Origin: an uncultured delta proteobacterium
GTDB lineage: Bacteria; Myxococcota_A; Polyangia; Fen-1088
DNA length: 64,000 nt
Direction of reading: 5' to 3'
Assembly: GCA_963737265.1 (NCBI GenBank)
Contig: CAVTRY010000021.1
Location: 64,001 to 128,000 of the forward strand
Under the pieces are notes generated by a model. The model saw only the letters and a list, made by a program, of their open reading frames with translations. It ran no database searches and was not told the DNA's origin. The number at the start of each line of letters is the position of its first letter. Position 1 is the stretch's first letter. Below, piece after piece: positions 52,079-63,771 of this stretch. The translations under genes and the position numbers were made by a program.

Positions 52079-52509
52079 ACAGGGAGGAACGGAGGACCAG
52101 AGGAATCACGGGTTGGGTTGACGAGGCGGCGGAGACCCTCGCGAAGTACGGGGACGTGGAAATTGACGAGCAGGCCCACCGGCAGTCGTAGGAGCTTGAG
52201 ATAGGTAATGACCTGTGCCAAGTGGACAGGAAGCAACTGCTCTACCGCCTTGACTTCGACGACCAAACGGCCTTCCACCATGAGGTCGAGGCGATAGCCG
52301 CAGTCGAGGTCAATGCCTTTGTACTGCAGAGGAATCGCGACCTGACGTTGCGTGCGAAATCCACGCAGGCCTAGCTCGCGCGCCAGGCAGTGCTCGTAGG
52401 CCGACTCAAGCAGCCCGGGACCGAGGTGACGGTGGACTTCGATGCAGGCGGCGATAATTTGCCCAGTAAAGTCATCCTGTCTCTGTTTCTCCGTTCCTCG
52501 CTATTCCAT
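52079..52509 (-). pseudogene. GxxExxY (PD-(D/E)XK-like) protein with nonsense codon 3, flanked by 25-bp inverted repeats
   Basis: ATG GAA TAG, then in frame LGPGLLESAYE..RLDLMVE..VEVKAVE..AQVITYLK..GLLVNF. Confidence 0.85.
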
Positions 52510-52577
52510 ATCTGCGTTTTCGGCGGCACTCCGCCAGAAGTTGCTACCTCACCGAGCCCCCGGCTGGGGCCCCCGTT

Positions 52578-52720
52578 TCAGGGAGGCACCCTGGTGAGCA
52601 GCACGAGCTTCTCAATGCGGTCGAGGTCGTGTAAGCTGAACGCCAAGGCGGTGGTGGCCTTGACCAAAGCCTCGCTGGGGTAGTCGAGATAGAGGCCATG
52701 AAGCCTGCACAATCCGCACG
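52578..52720 (-). pseudogene. Possible C-terminal remnant of an IS21-type IstA
   Basis: RLHGLYLDYPSEALVKATTALAFSLHDLDRIEKLVL resembles IstA C-termini, from recall only. Confidence 0.35.
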
Positions 52721-52945
52721 CCCAGAAGTACGAAGTCGTCATGAAACAATCCCAACGACTATCTGGGAGGATCGCCGGCTGCGCCAAACTCGACTTGCCC
52801 ATGAGCCAGCGCCTCCGGCCCCGGAGCTGTCCGGCGCGTGCAGGACGGCTGATCGCTCTTGCTGTTGGCCGGGAAAGAATCCATGTTCGTCAGAATCTTC
52901 ACCCTCATCCATCTGAAAACCCACTCACGATTGAAAGAGGCAGCA

Positions 52946-55070
52946 ATGCGAATGAACCACAGCATCGCCGCGGCGACCCTTGTTATCGGATTTATCGCAT
53001 GTTCGAACAACAATGGCGCGCCGCAGACTGCGGGGACTGGCGGAGCAGCCCCTGGCCACGGCGGGGCCTCGGTTCCCTCCGGTGGCAGTACGACGAACGG
53101 TGGAAGTACGGGAATTGATGGCTCGACAGGACGAGGCGGCGCCGCGAACGCGTCCGGCGGTGTTGGCGGCCAAACGTCGACAACCGGAGGCACCACCACC
53201 AGTGGTGGTGGGAGTGGCTCCGGCGGGACCGCAACAAGTCAGAACCAGGATGCCGGTATCGCAAATTGTGTCCTAGGCCTGGCCTGTCCGCAAACTGGCT
53301 TGCAGTGCATGAGCTCATTGGGTCAGTCATGCACGTGCGTCGGACCTCCCGGTGGGGCGTTCCTGACCTGCAATACGATGGGCTCGGGCGGCGCCGGCGG
53401 TGCAAGTAGCGCCGGTGGCACAAGTGGCACCGGTGGAGCCACGAACGCATCGGGTGGCTCGGGCGCGGGAGGCGCCGCGACCGGGGGAGCCGGCGCCACC
53501 GGCGGCGTGGTAGGCCAGGCTTGTGGAGGCTCAGCTCCTTGGGGCACCGGCAATGGCGACGTGCAAATTGTCGTCGACGCCAGCCAAAAAGGCGCGGCTT
53601 GGAGTCGGTTCTACGAGAAAGGCGTTGCCTGCGATCACGCCAACACTCTGCTTAACACGGCCTATGGCCGCAACGCGGCGGCGGCGATCAAGAAGGGTCA
53701 CGACCAGGCAGGTTTCCAGTATGTCCGCTTTCATGGCGTTCTCGACAGTGATATCGGCGTCTACAGCGAGAACAACGGCACGCCGACCTACACTTGGACG
53801 AGATTCGACCAAGTCTACGATGCAATCATCAATGCCGGCATGCACCCGATCGTCGAAATCAGCTTCACGCCACCTCCGTTGGCCAGTTCAACCACCGGAG
53901 GCGCCATTCTCGGCCTTTGGTACAATGGCGTTTCGCCCAACATTTCCACTCCCAAGGATTGGACCAAGTGGGAGAACCTCATGACGGCCATCGTGCAACA
54001 TCTCGAAACCCGCTACACCGCCGCCGACGTTCGCAACAATTGGTTTTTCGAGGTCTGGAACGAACCCTCGTGGATGTATCAAGGCGGCGATGGCGGCTAC
54101 AACGAACTTTACGGCCACACCGTGAAGGGCTTGGTGGCTGGCGATGCGCAAGTCAAGGTTGGCGGTCCGGCCGGATCCGGGGGGGAATCTCCAGGAATGA
54201 TTTCAGGTCTCGTGAGCTATGCGAAAAACAACAATCTGAAGCTCGATTTCGTCTCTTTTCACAGCTATTCCAACGACACCGGCGGCTACGCCAACCCTGG
54301 CGCGATGTTGTCGTTTTACAATTCCATCAGCACCACGATTTCATCGTCGAAATTCACGGGAACTGTCATCAACGACGAATATGGCTCAAGTTACGACGCG
54401 GTAACGAGCCGGGACAACGAGATCGCCGCCAGTTTCATCGCCAAGACGGCCCATCTCATCGGCACGACCAGCAAGGCCGGTCCTCCATTCATGTACGCGT
54501 GGTGGACGATTTCCGACCTATACGAAGAAATCAATACCGGGTCGGCGACGGCTTTTCGCAGTGGCGGCAATTTCGGTCTGCTGCTCAAGGGTGACCCGGC
54601 CATTCCCGTTTCCTTCGACGTTGCCAAGCCGGCCTTCAACGCTTTCCGCCTCTTGCACATGATGGGCGATACCCAGATCGGCACGACCGGTGGAACGACT
54701 GCGGACGGCGTCAACGCCGCCGCGACGATATCGAGCGATGGCAGCGCGGTGCAGATTCTGGTCTATAACCACGTCAGTGGCGTCAACGGCAATTCGTTCG
54801 AGCGCAAGCCAAGTGAAGCTCACTGTCAACAATATTCCCGGATCTGGAAACCTCAACGTTAAGCAATACATGCTCGATCACACGCGCTCCAATGCGTTCA
54901 CGGCGTGGACCTCGATGGGCACGCCCAGTAATCCGTCGCAATCGCAGTGGACGCAGCTCGCCAGCGCCGCTGAACTATGCTACTATCAAACCAGCTCGAC
55001 CGGCACGACATGGACCGCGACGTTCCCTCAAAATGTTTACGGCGTAAGTCTCATCGTCCTTAGCCGCTAG
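52946..55070 (+). CDS. GH39 (beta-xylosidase-like) lipoprotein with Gly/Ser/Thr linker; frameshift near 54798
   Basis: Lipobox FIAC; YVRFHG, FEVWNEP (acid/base), VGGP, SFHSY, INDEY (nucleophile); C-terminal domain in ORF 54690-55070. Confidence 0.85.
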
Positions 55071-55149
55071 GAAGCACCCCGAAACCCGATGGTTCGCGCG
55101 CTCGCCGGAGAGCGGGCGCGGCCCCCGACTCCCCGGCACTGCACGCCGT

Positions 55150-57841
55150 TCAGCGGCGGTGGAAATCGATGGCGCCCTTCAGTTCGGAAAGACTGAAGGG
55201 TTTGACGAGCAAGCGAATCTCCGAATGCTTGCTGACGATATCCTCGGTCCGGTCGTTCGAGCTTTCCGGTCTCGATAATGACCGGCAGCTGGGGACGTAG
55301 CGCGCGCAAGAGCGGCAGTGTCTTGCTACCATCGAGTACAGGCATGTCGATATCGAGCAGCACGAGATCGACCTCAAGTCCGGCTTCGAGCTTGTTGAGC
55401 GCCGCCCTCCCGTGCTCGGCGATAGTGACGGAATGACCCAACCTGCGTAGCTGGGCCGACACTGCTGTCTGCACCTGGTCGTCGTCGTCCACCAGCAAAA
55501 TCCGCAGTCCACCGGTCGGCTGTACGGCGGTCATGCTGTCGGAACTGCTGTCCGAAGCTGGGGGCGGATGGTGTGCCGCCGGATTGATGGGCAGCCTGAT
55601 CTGGACCTGCGTACCCCGGCCGGGCGCGCTTTGTATCTCAATCTCGCCTTGGTGGGCTCGCACGGCGCCGTAGACCGCGGGCAAGCCCAAGCCGGCGCCC
55701 TTTCTCTGCACCTTGGTGGTGAAGAACGGTTCCATGGCGTGGTCGAGGATCTCCTTGGACATGCCACAACCAGTGTCGTCCACGTCGATTTCGACCTCAT
55801 TTTCCCCGCATCTGCGCGTCCGCACGGTCAGAGCGCCGCCCTGGGGCATGGCCTCCATCGCGTTCGAAAACAGTTGCAGAAAGGCGCCACCGAGCGCGAG
55901 TGCATCTCCTCGCACCGGGGAGAGTCCGGGATCGAGCTCCTTTTCCACTCGGATCGCCGGGTGAAAGGCGTGTTGGAGCAAAAGAAGCTGCTCCACCAGA
56001 ACTTCGTTCAGGTCGAGGACCTTGGCGTCCGCGACGTCCTGACGGGCGAAGTCGAGCAGCCCGCGAACCAAGGTTCGTCCCTTGCGGCAGGCGCGCACGA
56101 TGGTGCCCATGCCCTTGGCCAGGGTTGCGCTATCTGGCGCGCCTTTCTGCATCGCCGTGGCCTGGGTCAGGATGCTGCGGAGCACGTGGCTCATATCGTG
56201 GGCCACGCCGCCGGCGAAGCTTCCCAGGCTCGCCATCTTCTGCGAACGCAGCACCTTGTCTTCCAGTCGCCGCCGCTCGGTCACGTTGTGAACCATGGAG
56301 AAACAGCCGACGATATTCCCCTGCGTGTCCACCCAGGGAGAATTGAACCACTCGCACACGATGCGCTGGCCGTCGCGCGTGCAGTTGTCGTTGACGAGAT
56401 GGTGCTCGAAATCGCAGCCATCGACGACCGCTTTCCACGCCTTCGCCACCGTCGATCGCGCATCCACGGGAACGATCAGCTCGTAGGCGTGCTTGCCTAT
56501 GGCCTCGCTGGCTGGCCAGCCGAATATCCGCTCCGCCGATTCGTTCCATTCCGTCACGCGAAAGTCGGCGTTCCAGGCGATGTATCCCAGCGGCATCCGG
56601 CTGACCTGGAATTTTAGGCGCTGATTGGCCTCCATCGCCAAGGTCAAGCTCCGGCGCAGAGTTTCGTCGGTCTCTTTGCGCTCGGTGATGTCTTGGATGA
56701 CCGACACAAAATTGCCGGTAGGCTGTCCGGGATTGCCAAGCAGCTTGACCTGCAGACTCACCCAGATAATCCGTCCGTCCTTATGAAGGTAGCGCTTCTC
56801 GCAGGTGAGCTCGGCGATTTCGCCAGCCAAAAACTTTTTCAGACCGTCCACGGACTTGGCCAAATCTTCGGGATGAGTGATGTCGCCAAATGTCCGTGCG
56901 CGCAGCTCCTCCTCCGAATAGCCGAGGATTTCACAGAATCGCTGGTTCACGCGGCTGAATTGTCCGGTCTTTATGTTGACCTCGGCCACGCCGACCGCGG
57001 CCTGCTCGAAGATGGCGCGAAAACGGGCCTCGCTTTCGCGCAGGTCCGCCTCGGCCAGCCGCTGATCCGTGACGTCGCGCGCGGTGGCGTACACCAGGTC
57101 GTCGCGCGCGGTCGCGCGCCATTCGAGGAAACGAAAATTTCCGCTGCGCTGACGGGCGCGATTGACGAAAGCGACGACTTCATGGGGCGTACGCATCCGG
57201 GCAAGCGCACCCATCGTCGATTCCAGGTCGCCTGGGTGGACGAAATCCAGAATCCGAGCGCCGTCGAGCTTGTCGGCATCGTAGCCAAGAAGCCTCTCCC
57301 ACGCGGGATTGAAACGGACCACGCGACCTTCGCTGTTGAGAATCAGAAGCAGGTCCGCGTTGGTGTCGAAGAACGCATCGAGTTGGTCGAGATGGTGCCG
57401 AAGATCGTCCTGGGCCCGCCGGCCCAGCGTGACATCGCCGTACGTGGTGATGACCCCGAGGCCCGGCACGGGCATGGCGGCAACACTCAGCCAGGTTGTC
57501 TCTCCGTCGAGATCAACCACTCCGATCTGCTCCTCGACGATCCCACGCTTTTCACGTAGCGCGCGCGTTTGGGGCAGCTCGGTCGCCGGCAGAGCGGTCC
57601 CGTCCGCTCGAACGAACGAGCGCGATGGCATCTTGGCCCCGTTTGGGTGCACGTCGGGCTGTCCAAATCCGGGCAGAGTGCGCGCCGTCGCGCTGGTCTC
57701 CATGACTTGGCCATTCTCGTCGGTTACGACGACTCCCAGTTTCATGAGCTCAAACAGATCGCAGGCCACATCCGCGAGTCGTCCTGCGGTCGCATCGCGC
57801 GACGGTTTAGGAGAGACTGGCCGAGGCATGTACCGTTCCAT
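55150..57841 (-). CDS. Multi-PAS hybrid histidine kinase with C-terminal REC; frameshift near 55258
   Basis: PAS motifs VHPGD and THPED; GVAHDM, NAMEAM, DTGCGM, FFTTK, GLGL; LVDDD; last KPF in another frame ending at 55150. Confidence 0.88.
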
Positions 57842-59627
57842 TGAGAGGCTGGGCGAATTCTTCCAAGCACCCGCGCAGTCGTTCCACGCGGATCGGTTTC
57901 GACAAGTAGCCGGTCATGCCGGCTTGGAGACAGCGTTCGGCATCGCCGCGCATGGCGTGCGCGGTAAGCGCGACGATGGGAACCCGCCCGCGCCGCCGAA
58001 CGGCCGGGTCGGGATGCTCCGCCAGCGCGCGAATCTCGCGCGTTGCCGCCAGACCATCCATGCCGGGCATCTGCACGTCCATGAATACGATGTCGAAATC
58101 CTGTTCGCACGCGGCGGCCACCGCGGCCGCGCCTTCGGCGGCCTCGACCACGCAATGGCCTTCCCGCGACAAGATGCCCGCCAGGAGCATGCTGCTCGTG
58201 GGATCGTCCTCGACCAAGAGCACGTGCATGGCCGCCACCGGCGCCGCTGCCGCCATCGATCCCGTGGTTCGATTTTTGCGTGCCGCAAGCTTGCGAAAGA
58301 ATACCGTAAACGTGAACGCGCTTCCCTGGCCCGGCTCGCTCTTGACCGAAATTTCGCCGCCCAGCTTTTCCACCAGTCGGCGGCAAATGGTCAGCCCCAG
58401 GCCAGTGCCGCCGTATTTTCTGACGGTAGACGTCTCGGCTTGGACGAACGGCTCGAAGATGGCCTCCTGCCGCGACCGAGGAATGCCGATGCCAGTGTCG
58501 GTCACCACGAAACGAAACCCGCTGCGCTGGTCGCGCGTATCGGACAGACATTCCACCCGAACGCCGACGGATCCTTGCGTGGTGAACTTGATGCTGTTGG
58601 ACAACAGGTTGAGCAGCACCTGGCGCAGGCGCAGGGAATCGCCGCGCAGGTCGTCGGGCACGTCCTCGGCAATCGTGCTGTGCATGGCGAGTCCCTTCTG
58701 CTGCGCGCGCAGGGTGACCTGAGCCAGGGTGCTGGCCACGGCCTCGCGCAAGTGAAACGGTTCGTCGATGAAACCCATGCGATCGGCCTCGATGCGGGCG
58801 AGATCGAGGATGTCGTCGATGATGCGCAACAAGTCCTGGCTGCGGCCCTTGACGATGTCGAGATGCTGGCGCTGCTCGTCGCTAAGCTTGGTCTCAAGGA
58901 CGAGATCGGTGAAACCCATGATGGCATTCATGGGCGTGCGGATTTCGTGGCTCATGTTGGCCAAAAATTCGCTCTTGGCGCGATTGGCGGCCTCCGCGCG
59001 CTCCTTTGCCTCCCTTAGCTCACGCGCCCCACGCTGGCGTGCCAGCCAGATGCCGATGACCGAGCCCAGCCCTTCGAGAAAGACCATGGCACTTGGGGTG
59101 AAGCGATTGGGGCGCGAATCCGCCAGGTGGAGCAGCCCCAGCGTCTCGGCGCCGCTGCGCAGCGGGATGGAGGCAATCGACAAATAGCCGTCGCGCACGC
59201 AAGTTCTGTCCGTCAGCATGGCCGCGAATTTCCCGACCAGAGCCACGGTTTCCGGGTAGTTGTTGCTCCAGAAGCTCCCGCCTGGGGTGAAACATGGCAA
59301 ATCGCGGTCCACCTCGCCGCGCAGGATGTGGCCGCACAAACAACGGCCGCCCTGCAGCGCGGGCTCGCACGCATGGCGATCCGCGCCGACGAACATGCCA
59401 TGCCTGCCATCGATCTCGAACAGCGGAAAAACACCGTCCCGCCGCAACCGAATACAAACGGAGTCGACCGCCAGCGAACGCCGCAGCTCGTTGAGAATGG
59501 CTTGGACTTCCTCGCTTTCCAGGCCGGCGGGCTGATTCAAAATCGCCAGCAGACGCAGGGTAAGGTCGTGGCGCTGGTCGATGGATTCCCCCAACCATCC
59601 TGTTGCCTCTGTCATCTTGTCGGCCAT
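57807..59627 (-). CDS. GAF-domain hybrid histidine kinase with REC
   Basis: [40 protein letters not shown]. Confidence 0.92.
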   Translation of the reverse strand: MADKMTEATGWLGESIDQRHDLTLRLLAILNQPAGLESEEVQAILNELRRSLAVDSVCIRLRRDGVFPLFEIDGRHGMFVGADRHACEPALQGGRCLCGHILRGEVDRDLPCFTPGGSFWSNNYPETVALVGKFAAMLTDRTCVRDGYLSIASIPLRSGAETLGLLHLADSRPNRFTPSAMVFLEGLGSVIGIWLARQRGARELREAKERAEAANRAKSEFLANMSHEIRTPMNAIMGFTDLVLETKLSDEQRQHLDIVKGRSQDLLRIIDDILDLARIEADRMGFIDEPFHLREAVASTLAQVTLRAQQKGLAMHSTIAEDVPDDLRGDSLRLRQVLLNLLSNSIKFTTQGSVGVRVECLSDTRDQRSGFRFVVTDTGIGIPRSRQEAIFEPFVQAETSTVRKYGGTGLGLTICRRLVEKLGGEISVKSEPGQGSAFTFTVFFRKLAARKNRTTGSMAAAAPVAAMHVLLVEDDPTSSMLLAGILSREGHCVVEAAEGAAAVAAACEQDFDIVFMDVQMPGMDGLAATREIRALAEHPDPAVRRRGRVPIVALTAHAMRGDAERCLQAGMTGYLSKPIRVERLRGCLEEFAQPLNGTVHASASLS

Positions 59628-59730
59628 GCCTCGGTTCCCAGTGCGCAAGAACTGCCACGCGCGAAAACGCGTCCAGCGCAAGGTTCATCGGTGGTCCCGT
59701 CCGGTCACTTGAGGTCGGCATGCTTGGCAG

Positions 59731-59759
59731 TTGACTGTCGACCTTCGACTTCCCATGAT
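59731..59759 (+). promoter_or_regulatory. Putative sigma70 promoter of dnaX (leaderless geometry)
   Basis: TTGACT-N17-CATGAT, 6 nt before the GTG start. Confidence 0.5.
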
Positions 59760-59765
59760 GCCTGC

Positions 59766-61463
59766 GTGTCGTACCTAGTCCTCGCGCGAAAATACCGGCC
59801 GCAGCGCTTCGACGATCTCGTCGGGCAGGAGCATGTCGCCCGCACCCTGACCAACGCCATCGCGCTCGACCGCGTTCACCACGCGTTTCTGTTCACCGGC
59901 GCGCGCGGCATCGGCAAGACCAGCGCCGCGCGCATCCTGGCCAAGGCGCTGTGCTGCGAGAAAGGCCCGACCGCGACCCCGTGCGGCGTCTGCGCCATCT
60001 GCCAATCCGTCGCCAGCGGCCAGTCGGTCGACGTGCTCGAAATCGACGGCGCCTCCAACACCGGCGTGGACGACGTGCGCACCTTGCGCGAAGGCGTGCG
60101 CTACTTGCCGGCCGAGGCGCGCAAGAAGGTCTACATCATCGACGAGGTTCACATGCTCTCCACCAGCGCCTTCAACGCGCTCTTGAAGACACTGGAAGAG
60201 CCGCCCGCCCACGTGGTGTTCATCTTCGCCACCACCGAGGTGCACAAGATCCCGGCGACCATTCTATCGCGCTGCCAGCGCTACGACTTCAAGCTGCTGT
60301 CCACCAACGCGCTGACGGCCCACCTAGCCCATGTTCTTGCCGCCGAAAATATCGACTGCGAGCCCGAGGCCGTGCGCTTGGTGGCGCGCGAGGCGGCCGG
60401 CTCGGTACGCGACGGACTGTCGCTGCTCGACCAGGTTTTGGCCTACGTTGGCAGGGAAAAAGTCACACGCGAGCGAGTAGCCGAAGTGCTGGGTGTCGCG
60501 GATCGCACGCTGCTCTTTCACCTGGCCGGCGCGGTCCTCGGCCGCGAAGTCGCCACCGCACTGCGCGCCCTGGCCGATGCCGTGGATCGCGGCGTAGATC
60601 TGGTTCAGCTTGCGCGCGGTTTTTTGGGTCTTCTGCACGACCTCGAAATCGCCGCTCTGGTTGCAGACGCGGCGGACTTGATCGATGCCACGCCCGAGGA
60701 AATCGCCGATGCCCGCAAGCTCACCGAGAAGACCCCGCGCGGCCTAGTGACCTCGCTGTTCGAGCGCTGGGCGCGCGCCGTGGAAGATGCCGCGCGCTCG
60801 CAAACCCCACGCCTCATCATCGAGATGGCGCTCGTCGACCTGTGCTTCGCGGAACCGCTGCTGCCACTCGGCGACCTTCTCGAACGCTTGGAGAAGCTGG
60901 AGGGCCGACTGGGTTCTTCGGCCCCCGCGCCGTCGGCCCCGCGCGCAGGCGAGGCGCGACCACGCCTGGCCGTCGTTCCCAAGACGCCAGTTGCGGCGCC
61001 GCCGCCTTCGACTGCGGCTGCGCCGACGGCCTCGGCCACGGCCATTCCCGTTGCGGCGCTGGCGCCGGAATCGGACATCGCCGGGGTGTGGCGCCGGGTG
61101 CGCGAGTCGTTCGGGCATCGGCCCTCGCTTGCCGCTGCCCTCGATCACGCCGAGGTGGCCGGCTGGGAAGGCGGGATGGTGTCGCTGCTTTTCGACCAGA
61201 AGTTCGCGCTCGACCAGACGGCGAAGAGCAAGGTGGAAATCGAACGCGTGCTGTCCCAGATTACCGGCTCCCAGACCCACATCGCGCTCCAGGTTGGCTC
61301 CGCCCGAAGCGCCAAGACGCTGGTCCGCTCCGAGGTGGGACGCGAGGCGGAGGCGGCCGATATCGAACAGCGCCAGCGCGAGAGCGAAGCGCGCCAACAC
61401 CCGATGATCCGCAAAGCCCAGGAGCTTTTTGCCACGACGCCGAAGGAGATTAAAACCCAATGA
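59766..61463 (+). CDS. dnaX: DNA polymerase III subunit gamma/tau
   Basis: SYLVLARKYRPQ, GARGIGKT, IIDEVHML, SRCQ. Confidence 0.95.
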   Translation: MSYLVLARKYRPQRFDDLVGQEHVARTLTNAIALDRVHHAFLFTGARGIGKTSAARILAKALCCEKGPTATPCGVCAICQSVASGQSVDVLEIDGASNTGVDDVRTLREGVRYLPAEARKKVYIIDEVHMLSTSAFNALLKTLEEPPAHVVFIFATTEVHKIPATILSRCQRYDFKLLSTNALTAHLAHVLAAENIDCEPEAVRLVAREAAGSVRDGLSLLDQVLAYVGREKVTRERVAEVLGVADRTLLFHLAGAVLGREVATALRALADAVDRGVDLVQLARGFLGLLHDLEIAALVADAADLIDATPEEIADARKLTEKTPRGLVTSLFERWARAVEDAARSQTPRLIIEMALVDLCFAEPLLPLGDLLERLEKLEGRLGSSAPAPSAPRAGEARPRLAVVPKTPVAAPPPSTAAAPTASATAIPVAALAPESDIAGVWRRVRESFGHRPSLAAALDHAEVAGWEGGMVSLLFDQKFALDQTAKSKVEIERVLSQITGSQTHIALQVGSARSAKTLVRSEVGREAEAADIEQRQRESEARQHPMIRKAQELFATTPKEIKTQ

Positions 61464-61789
61464 CCGATGGACCCAACCTGCGCGGCTTGATGGACACCTG
61501 GCAACGCCTGCAAGGCGAGGTGACGCGAGTCCGCGACGAGCTCGGCGGAAAGACCGTCAGCGGCGAAACCGGAGGCGGCATGGTGCGCGCCGTGGCCAGC
61601 GGCCGGGGTGAGCTGGTGTCGGTCACCATCGACCCAGCGCTTGTCCCCGGCGGAGAAACCAAGATGATCGAGGATCTGGTGGTGGGCGCCGTGAACCTCG
61701 CCCTCGAGCGCGCGCAGAAGCTTGCCCAAGACGACATCACCCGCGCCACCGCCGGGCTGCCCATGCCCACCGACATGGCCGAGGAATAG
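61460..61789 (+). CDS. ybaB: YbaB/EbfC nucleoid-associated protein
   Basis: GGGMV..IDP..IEDLVVGAVN; lies between dnaX and recR. Confidence 0.9.
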   Translation: MTDGPNLRGLMDTWQRLQGEVTRVRDELGGKTVSGETGGGMVRAVASGRGELVSVTIDPALVPGGETKMIEDLVVGAVNLALERAQKLAQDDITRATAGLPMPTDMAEE

Positions 61790-61798
61790 CCGCCCGCC

Positions 61799-62395
61799 AT
61801 GAGCAGCGCTGGACCCATCGCGCGCCTGGTATGCGAGCTGGCCAAGCTGCCCGGAGTGGGGGAAAAAACCGCCGCTCGCCTGGCCTTTCACATTCTGCGC
61901 GCGCCGGAGAAAGACGCGGACGCGCTGGCGGCGGCGATCGGCGAGCTACGCGCCAAGATCAGACTTTGCAGCACGTGCTGGGACTTCACCGAAGACGATC
62001 CCTGCTCTATCTGCGGCGACCAGCGGCGCGAGATCAGCCTGCTGTGCGTGGTGGCTCACCCGCAGGACGTGATCGCCATCGAGCGCACGGGTGGCTACCG
62101 CGGGCGCTACCACGTCCTGCACGGCGTGCTCTCGCCCCTCGATGGCATCGGCCCCGACGATCTTCGCATCGCCGAATTGGTCAAGCGCTGCGCTGGCGAC
62201 ACCGTCCGCGAGGTCATCGTGGCGACCAATCCCAGCGTGGAGGGAGAAACGACGGCGATTTACCTCGCCAAGCTGATTCGCCCGCTCGGGGTGCGCATGA
62301 GCCGTATCGCCACCGGCGTGCCCATGGGCGGCGAGCTGGAATACGCCGACCGCCTGACACTGGCTCGCGCCATCGATGGACGGCGCGAGCTGTAG
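61799..62395 (+). CDS. recR: Recombination mediator RecR
   Basis: LPGVGEKTA, C4 zinc finger, YHVLHG, EGETTA. Confidence 0.95.
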   Translation: MSSAGPIARLVCELAKLPGVGEKTAARLAFHILRAPEKDADALAAAIGELRAKIRLCSTCWDFTEDDPCSICGDQRREISLLCVVAHPQDVIAIERTGGYRGRYHVLHGVLSPLDGIGPDDLRIAELVKRCAGDTVREVIVATNPSVEGETTAIYLAKLIRPLGVRMSRIATGVPMGGELEYADRLTLARAIDGRREL

Positions 62396-62663
62396 GGTCC
62401 CGCTGACTTGCCGCGCCATCAAGCCCTGGCGGCTTCCTGTCGTATTCTTTTCGTCGTGACTTGTCGGCATCCTTTTCGCCATCCCTTTTCATCGCGACCG
62501 TGTGTGACCAGCGAAAAACTGTTAAGCTACCTGCCACTAGAGAGTTCTGCCCAGTGAAGCCCCTTCCCCAACTTCTTTCCCAAACTGCAAGTCGCCGCCG
62601 GCCAGTGCCGACCACACCACCAGCGATAGCCGCAATCGCGCATCCAGGAGACAGAAGAGCCAG

Positions 62664-63143
62664 ATGAGTGGCCCCGAGGTCATGTTCCCCGAAGAGCAGA
62701 AGCAGATTGCCATCGTCTGCCAGCGGCTCCATCGGGATTCCAATGCCAAAGCCGTCCTTCTCATCGGCCGCGACGGCCAGCCCATCGCCGAGGCCGGGGA
62801 GGTCGGGGAAATCGACGTCACTTCGCTGTCGTCGCTCACCGCGGGCAACGTGGCGGCCACCGGCGGAATCTCGAAGATTTTGCGCGAGAAGGATTTCACC
62901 AGCCAATTTCACGAGGGCGAGAAGACGCACGTTCACATCACGCTGGTCGCCGGGCGCGCGATTCTCGTCGTGCTGTTCGACGAGCGTTCGTCGCTGGGGC
63001 TGGTGCGCTTGCGCGTGCGGCGGGCCACGGAAGAGATGGCTCGCCTGTTCGAGCAGGTCGCCCGCAAGGCTGCCTCGCAAACCGGACCGTCTATCCTGAA
63101 CGAAATCACCGACGCCGACATCGACAAACTTTTCAACGATTGA
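62664..63143 (+). CDS. mglB: Roadblock/LC7 GTPase-activating protein MglB
   Basis: SLSSLTAGNVAATGG, FHEGEK, SSLGLVRLRV, ITDADIDKLF. Confidence 0.93.
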   Translation: MSGPEVMFPEEQKQIAIVCQRLHRDSNAKAVLLIGRDGQPIAEAGEVGEIDVTSLSSLTAGNVAATGGISKILREKDFTSQFHEGEKTHVHITLVAGRAILVVLFDERSSLGLVRLRVRRATEEMARLFEQVARKAASQTGPSILNEITDADIDKLFND

Positions 63144-63155
63144 GTCCCGCGCTCG

Positions 63156-63749
63156 ATGAGCTTCATCAACTACTCTTCCCGCGAAATAAACTGCAAGCTG
63201 GTTTACTACGGACCGGGGCTCGGTGGGAAAACCACCAATTTGCAGTTCATCTACGCGCGCACCAGTCCCGAGGCCAAGGGCAAGATGATTTCGCTCGCCA
63301 CCGAAACCGAGCGCACCCTGTTCTTCGACTTCCTGCCGCTCTCGCTCGGGGAAATCCGCGGGTTCAAGACGCGCTTCCACCTCTACACCGTGCCTGGGCA
63401 AGTCTTCTACGACGCCAGCCGCAAGCTCATCCTCAAGGGCGTGGACGGCGTGGTATTCGTGGCCGATTCGCAGAACGAGCGCATGGAAGCGAACATCGAG
63501 TCGCTGGAAAACCTGCGCCAGAACCTCATCGAGCAGGGCTACAACCTCGACAAGCTTCCCTACATCGTCCAGTACAACAAGCGCGATCTGCCCAACGCCG
63601 CACCCTTGGACGAACTACGCCAGTTGCTCAACCCCAGCCATTCGCCGGAGTTCGAAGCCTGCGCCACGACCGGCGTCGGGGTCTTTGAAACACTGAAGGC
63701 CATCGCCAAGGCCGTGCTCACCGAGCTGAAGCGCGGCGGCGGCGGCTAA
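63156..63749 (+). CDS. mglA: Gliding-motility Ras-like GTPase MglA
   Basis: MSFINYSSREINCK, GPGLGGKTT, TVPGQ, NKRD. Confidence 0.96.
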   Translation: MSFINYSSREINCKLVYYGPGLGGKTTNLQFIYARTSPEAKGKMISLATETERTLFFDFLPLSLGEIRGFKTRFHLYTVPGQVFYDASRKLILKGVDGVVFVADSQNERMEANIESLENLRQNLIEQGYNLDKLPYIVQYNKRDLPNAAPLDELRQLLNPSHSPEFEACATTGVGVFETLKAIAKAVLTELKRGGGG

Positions 63750-63771
63750 CGGCCGGGCGGAACTAGCGTCC

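Noticed and set aside
52501-52503. In-frame TAG in the GxxExxY gene as pyrrolysine or read-through
   Set aside because: The partner inverted repeat has CAG at this position, so a point mutation is simpler; no pyl genes in view
59628-59765. Expected SRP RNA (ffs) or tRNA upstream of dnaX
   Set aside because: No SRP loop motif or cloverleaf recognisable; the region is short and holds divergent promoters
59766-61463. Programmed -1 frameshift in dnaX
   Set aside because: No A AAA AAG or long A-run slippery site seen
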